Origin: an uncultured Bacillales bacterium
GTDB lineage: Bacteria > Bacillota_I > Bacilli_A > RF39 > UBA660
Length of the DNA: 64,000 bases
Assembly: GCA_948442255.1 (NCBI GenBank)
Contig: CAOJRT010000001.1
Span: 15,919-79,918, forward strand
Direction of reading: 5' to 3'
In this document: in pieces, positions 40,677 through 49,573 of the stretch
Layout: each line of letters opens with the position of its first letter
Numbering within the stretch: the first letter of the stretch is position 1
The notes under the pieces: model-generated
Told to the model about the DNA's origin: nothing
Seen by the model: the letters and a program-made list of their open reading frames with translations, nothing else
Databases searched by the model: none
Position numbers and translations under genes: made by a program

Positions 40677-41165
40677 ATGAAAAGAAAATTATTATTTATA
40701 TTTATTTTTATATTTTTATTTTTTGTAACAAAAATAGTTTATGCTAAAGACTGTAGGTATGGTATACCATCTCCTCCAATATATTATGATGGTAGATGGA
40801 CAAAAGAGCAAACTCATACTTTTACAACTTCTGCGTATTCTTGTTTAGCTAAAAATATAAATGTTACATTTTCTACTGGAAGTTGGCATTCTAAATTTCC
40901 TATAGAAATAGAAGCTATTTTAATGGAGGACGATGAAGATCCAAACCCAGATGATCCAGTAAAGACATATTATGGGCGAAATTATAGTTACAAAGAGATG
41001 GAGTGGTCTGTAAAGGAAGTTCATGACGAAGGAAATCTTGATAGCGCAGGAGATAAAACTTGTGAACTTTATATGAAATTTAAACTTGTTGAACCAGTAG
41101 TGGAAAGCAATCATACTTCTTATTTTGAAACAGACTTGTTTAGATATACCATTTGTGTTGATTAA
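40677..41165 (+). CDS. secreted hypothetical protein (162 aa, 4 Cys)
   Basis: signal peptide MKRKLLFIFIFIFLFFVTKIVYA; AGGAGG RBS; island cargo. Confidence 0.55.
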   Translation: MKRKLLFIFIFIFLFFVTKIVYAKDCRYGIPSPPIYYDGRWTKEQTHTFTTSAYSCLAKNINVTFSTGSWHSKFPIEIEAILMEDDEDPNPDDPVKTYYGRNYSYKEMEWSVKEVHDEGNLDSAGDKTCELYMKFKLVEPVVESNHTSYFETDLFRYTICVD

Positions 41166-41201
41166 CATGTATATGTTATAATCAAAAAAGGAGTTTGGTG
41201 T

Positions 41202-41693
41202 TTGGTGAAAAAAATAGTGATAGTAATAGTAGTTATTTTGGTTTCTGCATTTACAATTGTTGCAATTAATAAGGTTTTATCAAAAGATTTAAAATTAGAT
41301 AATCAAAATAATGCGTCTAATAACGAAGAAGTTGTAGAAAAATTTAATGATAAAGAAAGAGAAATTATTAATTTAATATATGATAAATTAGATATATTGC
41401 AATATTTTAATCAAGATAATTTAAAGTCATTTTACATAAAAAAAATGTTTGAATTTGGTTATTTTGAATCAAAAAGTAATGTTAGATATTTGCAAGTTAA
41501 TTATGAATTTGAATGCTCTGATGGAACTAAGACTTGTAATAATTTGATTCATCCAAATTATATTAATGAAGGGAATTCTTCTGCATTTATGATTAAAATT
41601 GATTTAGAGGATAATAGTTATATAGAAAAAATACCTGGATTTTCTACAAGTCCAGATTCAGATTGGATTCAGACAATAAAAAGAATTGAATGA
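41202..41693 (+). CDS. membrane-anchored hypothetical protein (163 aa)
   Basis: N-terminal TM IVIVIVVILVSAFTIVAI; island cargo. Confidence 0.5.
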   Translation: MVKKIVIVIVVILVSAFTIVAINKVLSKDLKLDNQNNASNNEEVVEKFNDKEREIINLIYDKLDILQYFNQDNLKSFYIKKMFEFGYFESKSNVRYLQVNYEFECSDGTKTCNNLIHPNYINEGNSSAFMIKIDLEDNSYIEKIPGFSTSPDSDWIQTIKRIE

Positions 41694-41801
41694 TAATTTC
41701 AAAAATTATATTTGCAATTAATATGATTTTATTTTTTATAATAAAAAAACTTTTAAAGGACAAAAGGGGTATACAGAAATAGAAGAAAATGGAAAAACTG
41801 G

Positions 41802-43931
41802 TTGGAATACAATATATGCTTTATTGCATGGTTTGCAAATAACATTAGGGTTGGCTCAACAGCAAATAATTTTGGAAGTGGAACAATAAATGCTTTTAAC
41901 AAATATGTAAAAGAAAATGGACCAATTCAAGAACAAGAAGATGGTGATACGAAAAAGAATAATATTTATGGTATTATCCAAGGTGGTTTATTATGTAAAG
42001 GATATTCAATTGGAGCAACAGGACCAACTTGTAACTTCTTTGGAGGAACAGCAAATGCAATTAAAAATTTAAAAGAAGATGCAGGATTAACTGATGATAG
42101 TTCTGTAGTAACTTTAAATATTATGAAAGCTTTAATGTCTATGGATTACTTTGATACATCAGAAAGAGCATTAAATATAGTTCAAATTCAAAGGTATTTA
42201 AATAGAAATTATGAAGATTATATTGGTCTTAGACCTTGTGATGGAGTTTATGGTAGTAGAACTAACAAAGCAATGATTTATGCAATTCAAGCTGAAGAAG
42301 CGATGCCAATAACAACAGCTAATGGTAATTTTGGTCCATCAACAAAAAAGTGTTGTCCAACACTTCCTTTTGAATATTGTACACAAAAAAAATATAATAA
42401 TACTAACTATAGTGAAGATGATTTAAAGAAATTTACAGTGTTAGCAAACATGGCTTTATATTTAAATGGCTATGATGTAAATTTTAATAATGAAAGTTTA
42501 GAACTTAATTATTTGCATGAATTTCAAAATGCATATGCAATTCCTAAAAATAATAAGTGTGATATCGTAACATGGATGTCTTTATTAGTTAGTAGTGGCG
42601 ATCCAGATAGAAGTGCAATTGCTTGTGATTGTGCAACTATTATAACGGAGGATAACATTGATGTTTTAATCGATAATGGATTTAAATATATTGCTAGATA
42701 TTTATCAGGTTCTTATTTGCACACAGATGAAAATGGTATTATTATTTTGGTTAGTAAAGCGTTAACAACGGAGGAAATTCAATTGTTATTTAAAAAAGGA
42801 ATTAGATTGTTTCCAATATTTCAAGGATCTGGTAATTATGTAAATTATTTTACTGAAGAACAAGCAGAAATAGATGCAAAAAAAGCAGTTGAAGCTGCAA
42901 ATGATATAAATTTGGAGTTTGGCGCTATAATCTATTTTGCTGTTGATTGTGATGTCATGGATTATCAAGTGACAAGTCATATTGTTCCTTATTTTAAAAA
43001 ATTGTATTATAGTTTTATGTCTGAACGTGGTAATAAATTTAGGATTGGAATTTATGGAACAAGGAATACATGTACAAGGGTATGTGCAGAAGGATATGCC
43101 TGTTCTTCATTTGTTAGTGATATGTCTACTGGTTATAGTGGGAATTTAGGGTTCTCTATTCCTAAGAATTGGGCATTAGATCAGTTTGCTACAACTACTA
43201 TTTACAATAAAGATAAATCACATAAAATTGATATTGATAAAGATGGTTTTTCTGGTAGATATCCCGGAATATTTTATGAATACAATATTAACTCTCTTAT
43301 GGGGTATGATAGTCAAAAAGGTGGAAGAATTTATGTTAATATGGGAAATACTTCAATAACAGTTTATAGAGAGAAAACTCCGAATACTCCTGTAGTACAA
43401 GTTCCTATGTACTTAGGGCATGATAAAATAGGAGAAATAAAACCAGGAGATTTTTATGTTAGATATAATGTTACTCAAATAGTAAAAGATACCGTACATA
43501 AAGTTTTATATAAAGATGGTGATGATGTACGTATGGGATATATAGAAGAATACTATTATCTTAATAGCAATGGTGAAATAGTTGATAGTTATATCCCTGA
43601 TCAAAAGTATTTCAATTACATAAATTATGATCCAGTAACAAAAAAATATAAAGTTGTATCAGAAAAAGAATATCAAGAAAATGGGATTATTTTTACTGTT
43701 AATAAACCTGTTCCTTATTTTGATGGTACAGAATGTGTTGGAATATTAAAAAAAGGTGATAAAATAAAGGTAACAGGAAGTTCATATTCTATTTACGGAG
43801 CATCTAGACTTTGGACTATATTTGTTAGCCATGTATATAATAAAGAAACCGATTCTTTTGACGAATTTAACAAGTTTGTAAGTGTTGGTTTAGAGCTAGG
43901 ATGTAGTAAAGAAGACAGAGCATTATATTAA
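41802..43931 (+). CDS. putative cell-wall hydrolase: peptidoglycan-binding repeats + DUF1906 (GH25-like TIM barrel) + C-terminal beta-rich region
   Basis: PG_binding_1-like repeats (NNFGSGTINAFNKYV; CDGVYGSRTNKAMIYAIQ); DUF1906-like block DIVTWMSLLVSSGDPDRSAIACDCA...IGIYGTRNTC; no signal peptide; TTG start. Confidence 0.65.
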   Translation: MEYNICFIAWFANNIRVGSTANNFGSGTINAFNKYVKENGPIQEQEDGDTKKNNIYGIIQGGLLCKGYSIGATGPTCNFFGGTANAIKNLKEDAGLTDDSSVVTLNIMKALMSMDYFDTSERALNIVQIQRYLNRNYEDYIGLRPCDGVYGSRTNKAMIYAIQAEEAMPITTANGNFGPSTKKCCPTLPFEYCTQKKYNNTNYSEDDLKKFTVLANMALYLNGYDVNFNNESLELNYLHEFQNAYAIPKNNKCDIVTWMSLLVSSGDPDRSAIACDCATIITEDNIDVLIDNGFKYIARYLSGSYLHTDENGIIILVSKALTTEEIQLLFKKGIRLFPIFQGSGNYVNYFTEEQAEIDAKKAVEAANDINLEFGAIIYFAVDCDVMDYQVTSHIVPYFKKLYYSFMSERGNKFRIGIYGTRNTCTRVCAEGYACSSFVSDMSTGYSGNLGFSIPKNWALDQFATTTIYNKDKSHKIDIDKDGFSGRYPGIFYEYNINSLMGYDSQKGGRIYVNMGNTSITVYREKTPNTPVVQVPMYLGHDKIGEIKPGDFYVRYNVTQIVKDTVHKVLYKDGDDVRMGYIEEYYYLNSNGEIVDSYIPDQKYFNYINYDPVTKKYKVVSEKEYQENGIIFTVNKPVPYFDGTECVGILKKGDKIKVTGSSYSIYGASRLWTIFVSHVYNKETDSFDEFNKFVSVGLELGCSKEDRALY

Positions 43932-43951
43932 TTTTAAAGGAGTAAGAGTAA

Positions 43952-44536
43952 ATGGAAAAAAAGTATGTATTTTTAATTGTTATATTTATATTATTTATTG
44001 GTGCTTTATTTTTAATTTCATCTTTTACTGAAAACGAAGAAAAAGTAGAAGTGGAAAAATATACTTTGAAAATAAATGAAGAAGATATTTTATATGAATA
44101 TAACGATTATATATATTTTCTTACTGATACTTCGTCTTTTCATTCTGATAGTAATATATGCTTTGTAGGAATGTTTGCTAAAAACAAAAAAGATTATATT
44201 CCTGATTCATCGCAGCAAGAATTTGCTTTATTAAATGAATTTAATTTTTGTAATGTTCTTTATATGGACAGTTATAAAAAAGGTGTTTTTATAGACGGAA
44301 AGTTTTATTATGTTAGTACAGACGAAAAAAATGTTATAGAAGTATATACTTTAAATGGCATTAATATTTTAAAAGAAGTAATTACTCTTGCGGAAGGTAG
44401 TGCTGGTTTCCTTGGTGATTTTGGTGTAGAAAGCATTGATGACAATTATATTTATTTAACAAGATATTTTTATGAAGATGGAAAAACGAATCAAGTAAGA
44501 TGTAGTAAAACAAGTTATACTTGCGAATTATTTTAG
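43952..44536 (+). CDS. membrane-anchored hypothetical protein (194 aa)
   Basis: N-terminal TM VFLIVIFILFIGALFLI; island cargo. Confidence 0.5.
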   Translation: MEKKYVFLIVIFILFIGALFLISSFTENEEKVEVEKYTLKINEEDILYEYNDYIYFLTDTSSFHSDSNICFVGMFAKNKKDYIPDSSQQEFALLNEFNFCNVLYMDSYKKGVFIDGKFYYVSTDEKNVIEVYTLNGINILKEVITLAEGSAGFLGDFGVESIDDNYIYLTRYFYEDGKTNQVRCSKTSYTCELF

Positions 44537-44846
44537 TGAAGTTCTAGTTATTAAAGCATGTAATCTGTTTTGAAAGCAAAAATGTGATATAAATTATATG
44601 TTATACCTATTTATACGCATTTTCCTACTAAATATATTTTTAAAGAAGAAAAAGTAATAAATAGTGATTAGAGTTTAATGTTTCAACCTTAACTGATTAT
44701 ACCAATCATTACATATTTGAAAAAATTAATAAAGTTGAATCTAACTTTATTTTTTTAGACTTGGGCTGGAACTCCAAGACTTGATATAAAGTTTTCTTTG
44801 GAGAGAATGATTTCCGTACACGAAGAGTAATATAATTTTAAAAGAT

Positions 44847-45011
44847 AAGAAATCATGAATAAATGGTTTCTTTTTTTCATATCTTTATTTAGGTGATGCT
44901 ATGGATTTTAAGGTAGGGGACTATGTTACTAGAGAAAGTTATGATAATGATGTTGTGTTTGTTATAACAGAGATTAAAGAAAAAGAAGCTATCCTTAAGG
45001 GATATGATGTT
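44847..45011 (+). repeat. 165-bp direct repeat, copy 2 (continuous with intact yabG)
   Basis: matches 40159-40323. Confidence 0.8.
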
Positions 45012-45686
45012 CGTTTAGTAGCGAATAGTCCTTTTGAAGATTTAAATTTATGTACAGAAGAAAGAGAAAAAGATGATTTTTTAGAAGATTTAATTATTGA
45101 AGATAAATTAGATCGTGGAGAAAATGAAGAATTTTTTTATTTACCTGCTAAAATATTACATTTAGATGGGGATAAAGATTATTTGGAGAAGTGTTTAGAT
45201 TTTTATAAAAGAAATAAAATACTTGCTTTTGGGCAGACCGTAAAAGAAGAAAACTTAGATAAAGTTGTCTATAATTATTTAAATGAGATACGACCTGATA
45301 TATTGATTATTACAGGACATGATGCTTTTTTTAAAAAGAGTGGAGATAAAGGAGATATTAAAAATTATAAAAATACATATAACTTTATTAAAGCTGTAAA
45401 AGAAGCACGCCGTTATGAGAAGAGTCACGAAAAATTATTAATTATTGCAGGAGCATGTCAAAGTAATTATGAAGAATTAATTAAAGCAGGAGCTGATTTT
45501 GCTAGCAGTCCAAAACGAGTTAATATTCATGCACTTGATCCTGCTATAATTGCGACAAGTATCTCTTTGACGGAGAAAAATAAAGAAATTGATTTGATTG
45601 ATTTATTAGGGAGAACAAAATATGGAAAAGATGGCATGGGTGGTTTAAAGGTAAATGGTCTTATGTATGTGGGGTATCCTAGGTGA
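44901..45686 (+). CDS. yabG: sporulation-specific protease YabG
   Basis: follows rsmA as in B. subtilis; family assignment from the N-terminal MDFKVGDYV... region and synteny. Confidence 0.7.
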   Translation: MDFKVGDYVTRESYDNDVVFVITEIKEKEAILKGYDVRLVANSPFEDLNLCTEEREKDDFLEDLIIEDKLDRGENEEFFYLPAKILHLDGDKDYLEKCLDFYKRNKILAFGQTVKEENLDKVVYNYLNEIRPDILIITGHDAFFKKSGDKGDIKNYKNTYNFIKAVKEARRYEKSHEKLLIIAGACQSNYEELIKAGADFASSPKRVNIHALDPAIIATSISLTEKNKEIDLIDLLGRTKYGKDGMGGLKVNGLMYVGYPR

Positions 45687-45898
45687 GAACGATTTATGAA
45701 GCAAAAGATTTTATTAAGAAAAATTTAAATAAAAAAGTTATCATTAAGATATTGGGTATACGAAATAAAAATGAAATGATTGAAGGTATCATATCTGAAT
45801 GTTATGCTAATGTTTTTATGGTGGATACAGGATTTTCGAAGAAAAGTTTTACGTATACAGATGTTTTAATAGGAAATGTACTCATTAAATTAAAATAA
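45683..45898 (+). CDS. veg: Veg protein
   Basis: GTG start overlapping yabG stop; IYEAKDFIKKNLNKKVIIKILGIRNK and VFMVDTG...FTYTDVLIGNV align with B. subtilis Veg. Confidence 0.7.
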   Translation: MRTIYEAKDFIKKNLNKKVIIKILGIRNKNEMIEGIISECYANVFMVDTGFSKKSFTYTDVLIGNVLIKLK

Positions 45899-45966
45899 TT
45901 ATTGCATTTCCGCTAATTTTGTTCTAAAATTAGAGTATATAATAACTTGGGAGGAGTGTTAATTAT

Positions 45967-46257
45967 ATGAAAATTACAAAAGTTGTTCTTCGCAATAAGG
46001 AGAAGGAAGATTCACGTATGAAAGCTATTGCAACAGTTACTTTAGATGAAGCATTTGTTGTAACTGGTATTCGCTTAATTCAAGGAGACGATAATATGTT
46101 TATCGCTATGCCTAGTAGAAAGGTTTCAGATGGGGTATATGATGATATAGCGCATCCTGTAAATCAAGAAACTCGTAAGATGTTTGAAGATGCTATCTTT
46201 AATGCTTATGAAGAAATGAAAAAAACGGGTGAAGAAATAGTTCATATTGATCTATAA
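45967..46257 (+). CDS. spoVG: septation protein SpoVG
   Basis: MKITKVVLR...RMKAIATVTLDEAFVVTGIRLIQG...FIAMPSRK matches SpoVG. Confidence 0.9.
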   Translation: MKITKVVLRNKEKEDSRMKAIATVTLDEAFVVTGIRLIQGDDNMFIAMPSRKVSDGVYDDIAHPVNQETRKMFEDAIFNAYEEMKKTGEEIVHIDL

Positions 46258-46327
46258 TTACGCAAGCTAATTTGCGTTTTTTTGTTCTTTTTTTTTGCTT
46301 TTTTCATATATATTACTAGGTGATGAT

Positions 46328-46606
46328 ATGGATACAGTATTAGATAATACAAAGCATGAAGTAAAAGTGATTGATCGAGGATTAATCTATTTAACAGGAA
46401 TAGATAAGATTATTAGTTTTGATAGTGAAGAATTTTTGATGGAAAGTGTAATGGGAACCGTTTTATTAAAGGGAGAGGGGCTTGAAATAGTAAAATTGGA
46501 TACTCATGATGGAGTAGTAAGTATTAAAGGAATTATTAATAGTTATACTTATGATGATGTAAAGAAAAAAGATGGCGAGACTTTTTTTGGAAAGTTGTTT
46601 AAATAA
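46328..46606 (+). CDS. yabP: sporulation protein YabP
   Basis: FDSEEFLMESVMGTVLLKGEGL block typical of YabP; start at ATG 46328 with AGGTGA RBS. Confidence 0.75.
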   Translation: MDTVLDNTKHEVKVIDRGLIYLTGIDKIISFDSEEFLMESVMGTVLLKGEGLEIVKLDTHDGVVSIKGIINSYTYDDVKKKDGETFFGKLFK

Positions 46607-46869
46607 TGAGTGGAATTATTCAGTTTATTTGTCTTCTTTTTTCTTTTTTCTTTGGTTTTTTTCTTTACTCTTTTTTTCGTTTTAATTATAAATTATTTCG
46701 AAAGAAAAAATTATTTGTCTTTATATTTGGAGAAAGCTTAGTGGTTTTATTAAGCTCTTTGGTTTATGTTTATTTTTTATATCGAATCAATTATGGAGTA
46801 TTACATATTTATTTTGTTATGATGATACTTTTTGGATATTTTGTACATAGTGTTAAGAAATGTAAATAG
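46606..46869 (+). CDS. yabQ: spore cortex protein YabQ-like small membrane protein
   Basis: 87 aa, three hydrophobic segments; position between yabP and divIC. Confidence 0.5.
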   Translation: MSGIIQFICLLFSFFFGFFLYSFFRFNYKLFRKKKLFVFIFGESLVVLLSSLVYVYFLYRINYGVLHIYFVMMILFGYFVHSVKKCK

Positions 46870-46935
46870 ACATTTTTTGTAAGAAAAAAACACCTTTACC
46901 TATGTTATACTTATTATGATAAGGAGGCATTTAGA

Positions 46936-47241
46936 ATGAGTAAAAGTCAAAAAAAGAAATCAAATGATGGAAAAAGAATTGTATTTTTACTTTGTTCTGT
47001 TGTTTTATTTGTCGTTATTTTAATAAGTACTGTCTTTAATGATTGGACACAAATTATGGAAAATAGAGTAAATACAAAAGAATATCAAACTTACTATGAA
47101 CAATTACAAGAGGAAGAAGCTTCTTTGAATAGTGAAGTTATTAAATTACAAGATTCTGAGTATATAGCACGTTATGCACGGGAGAAGTATATGTATACGA
47201 AAGATGGAGAGACAATATTAAAGATAATTGATTCTAAATAA
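46936..47241 (+). CDS. divIC: cell division protein DivIC (FtsB family)
   Basis: N-terminal TM and coiled-coil YYEQLQEEEASLNSEVIKLQD. Confidence 0.7.
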   Translation: MSKSQKKKSNDGKRIVFLLCSVVLFVVILISTVFNDWTQIMENRVNTKEYQTYYEQLQEEEASLNSEVIKLQDSEYIARYAREKYMYTKDGETILKIIDSK

Positions 47242-47354
47242 TATGATAAGATACTATTTTTATAGTATTTTTTTTATAAAAGTAACACAATGTTGTTTAT
47301 TTTTAATATTTAATAAACGGGTAAAAATTTAATAAAAAAAGTCCTTGTGTTTCG

Positions 47355-47384
47355 TTGCATAGTTCTCTTTTTTTATGATATAAT
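47355..47384 (+). promoter_or_regulatory. promoter for the prs-like/nrdG-like pair
   Basis: TTGCAT (47355-47360), 18 bp spacer, TATAAT (47379-47384). Confidence 0.45.
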
Positions 47385-47414
47385 TTTTATGTTGTAAGGT
47401 GGAGGGTTTTGTTT

Positions 47415-48215
47415 ATGGATAAGTTACAAGTTGGTGAAGAAAGATTACGTTTAATGGTATTTAGGAGTGCTTTGGATTTAGGGGGAAAAGTAGATGAACA
47501 TTTGTTGAAAAAATACCAATTGGATCCAGAGAAATATACGTTTATGGTTCCTATTACGCAAAATTTTTTTGATGATGGGCATTTAAAAGTACAGATTAAT
47601 GAAACGGTTAGAGAAAAAGATATGTTTTTGTTAACAGATATTGGTAATTATTCTTTAACGTATCAAATGCATGGCTTAGTTAACCATATGAGCCCAAATG
47701 ACTTAATGATGGAATTAAAAGACGGAATTGGAGCATGCAATTGTCATGCAAAATCAATAAATATTGTGATGCCTCTTTTATATGCTGGTAGACAACATCG
47801 TAGAAATACAAGAGAAAATTTAATGTGTGGAGATGTATTAGGAGAAATAGATCAAAAAAGTCGTGTGAAAAGTTTTATTACCTTTGATGCTCACGATCAA
47901 GGAGTGGAACATGCTGTCCATCATATGGAATTTGATAATTTTATGGTTTCTAATGTTATTTGTAAGCAAATTATTAATGATTTATCTAAAGAAGATTTGC
48001 AAAACTTGGTTTTTGTGGCTCCTGATAATGGTGCGACTGGAAGAAGAAATGTTTATTTAAATAGTTTTGTTTCTCCACATATATGTAAAGAAGCAGGAAG
48101 CTTTGTTAAACAAAGAGATTATAATATTTATATGGGAGATTCTATTTCTGGTTTATTAAGAGATAGAAAAGAGCCAGCTTTGTTGCTAGAAAAAAAATTT
48201 AAAGAATCAATTTAG
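47415..48215 (+). CDS. ribose-phosphate pyrophosphokinase (Prs)-like protein, C-terminally truncated, lacks PRPP-binding loop
   Basis: AKSINIVMPLLYAGRQHRR matches the Prs motif AKTINIVIPYYGYARQDRK; FFDDGHLKVQINE matches FSDGEVQINIEE; protein ends before the DDIIDTGGT PRPP motif. Confidence 0.65.
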   Translation: MDKLQVGEERLRLMVFRSALDLGGKVDEHLLKKYQLDPEKYTFMVPITQNFFDDGHLKVQINETVREKDMFLLTDIGNYSLTYQMHGLVNHMSPNDLMMELKDGIGACNCHAKSINIVMPLLYAGRQHRRNTRENLMCGDVLGEIDQKSRVKSFITFDAHDQGVEHAVHHMEFDNFMVSNVICKQIINDLSKEDLQNLVFVAPDNGATGRRNVYLNSFVSPHICKEAGSFVKQRDYNIYMGDSISGLLRDRKEPALLLEKKFKESI

Positions 48216-48235
48216 TAAAATAAGGAAGTAGTAGT

Positions 48236-48760
48236 ATGGAAAAAAATTGTGTAAGGCTTGCTTCTCCGACTATTCAAACGGATAGTATTGTAGACGGAGA
48301 AGGTATTAGAAGCGTTATTTGGTTTCAAGGTTGTTCACATAATTGTTTGGGATGTCATAATCCTGAAACACACGATTTTTATCAAGGTTTTCTTGTATCT
48401 ATTAACGAACTAAAAGAACAAATTAATGAATTAGAATACCAAGAAGGTGTAACCTTTAGTGGGGGAGATCCTTTTATGCAGCCAGAAGCTTTGCTTGTTC
48501 TTGCTCGTTATGTACATGAAAAAGGGATGAATGTATGGTGTTATACAGGGTTTCTTTATGAAGATTTAATCAAAATGGCGAAAGAAAAACCTATTTATTT
48601 TGAAGTTTTAAAAGAGATTGATATCTTAGTAGATGGTAAATTTGTACAAGAATTAAAGAGCTTTGATGCTGTTTTTAGAGGATCTAGTAATCAAAGAATT
48701 ATAGATGTACAGAAGAGCTTAGCAAGAGAAAAAGTTATATTAGTGGAAAAGTATATTTAG
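48236..48760 (+). CDS. NrdG-like small radical SAM activase (anaerobic RNR activating protein family)
   Basis: CxxxCxxC cluster GCSHNCLGCHN near the N-terminus; 174 aa; no nrdD in window. Confidence 0.7.
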   Translation: MEKNCVRLASPTIQTDSIVDGEGIRSVIWFQGCSHNCLGCHNPETHDFYQGFLVSINELKEQINELEYQEGVTFSGGDPFMQPEALLVLARYVHEKGMNVWCYTGFLYEDLIKMAKEKPIYFEVLKEIDILVDGKFVQELKSFDAVFRGSSNQRIIDVQKSLAREKVILVEKYI

Positions 48761-48814
48761 TGCTTTTTTTTTTTTTATTTTCCTGTATAATAATTCCTTA
48801 AGTAGGTGATGAGT

Positions 48815-49573
48815 ATGTGCAATATGAAACTAACAAATATTAGCTATGTTGTATCAGACTCTTTTCTTTTGCAGGACATTTCTTATACTTTAAAAAAAAA
48901 TAAGACACTTAGTATTATTGGTCCAAGTGGGAGTGGAAAAACAACTTTTGTTAAAGTGTTATGTGGACTTCTACCTTTTGAAGGAGAAATTTTATTTGAT
49001 GGGAAGAAAATGAAAACAAGTGATTTGCAAGAACAAGTTTGTCCTGTTTTTTATGAAGATTCCTTGCCAAATGAGAATTTGTTTTCTTATTTTTCAACTA
49101 CTTATTCTGATTTTCAAAATGATTTATTAGACTTACAGGATTATTTTCCTATAGATGAACTATTAAATTCTACTTTTTCTTCCTTATCTTTTTCTAATCA
49201 AGTTCTAGTAAAAATACTTTATGCTTCTTTAAAACATCCTAAATATTTAGTGATTGATGATTTATTATCTTATTTGGATTATCGAACAAAAATTTTACTA
49301 TTAAACTATTTAAATAGTCAACATATTTTATTAATTAATGTTACTAGTGATTTAGAAGATGTTTTATTTACAGATTTTATTATGTGTTTATATGAAGGTG
49401 GAATAGCGATTGAGGGCAATACTTTAGCGGTGTTACAAAATGAAAAATTATTGAAAAGAATGGGATTTTCTTTACCATTTTTTGTGGATTTATCTATTCA
49501 ATTAAGATTATATGATTTAATAAAAAGAATGTATCTTAATAAAGAAGATTTGGTGGATGCTTTATGGAAATAA
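48815..49573 (+). CDS. ECF-transporter EcfA1-like ABC ATPase with degenerate catalytic motifs
   Basis: Walker A GPSGSGKTT intact; signature LSFSNQ instead of LSGGQ; Walker B IDDLLS (no catalytic Glu); H-loop His replaced (NVTSDLED). Confidence 0.65.
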   Translation: MCNMKLTNISYVVSDSFLLQDISYTLKKNKTLSIIGPSGSGKTTFVKVLCGLLPFEGEILFDGKKMKTSDLQEQVCPVFYEDSLPNENLFSYFSTTYSDFQNDLLDLQDYFPIDELLNSTFSSLSFSNQVLVKILYASLKHPKYLVIDDLLSYLDYRTKILLLNYLNSQHILLINVTSDLEDVLFTDFIMCLYEGGIAIEGNTLAVLQNEKLLKRMGFSLPFFVDLSIQLRLYDLIKRMYLNKEDLVDALWK

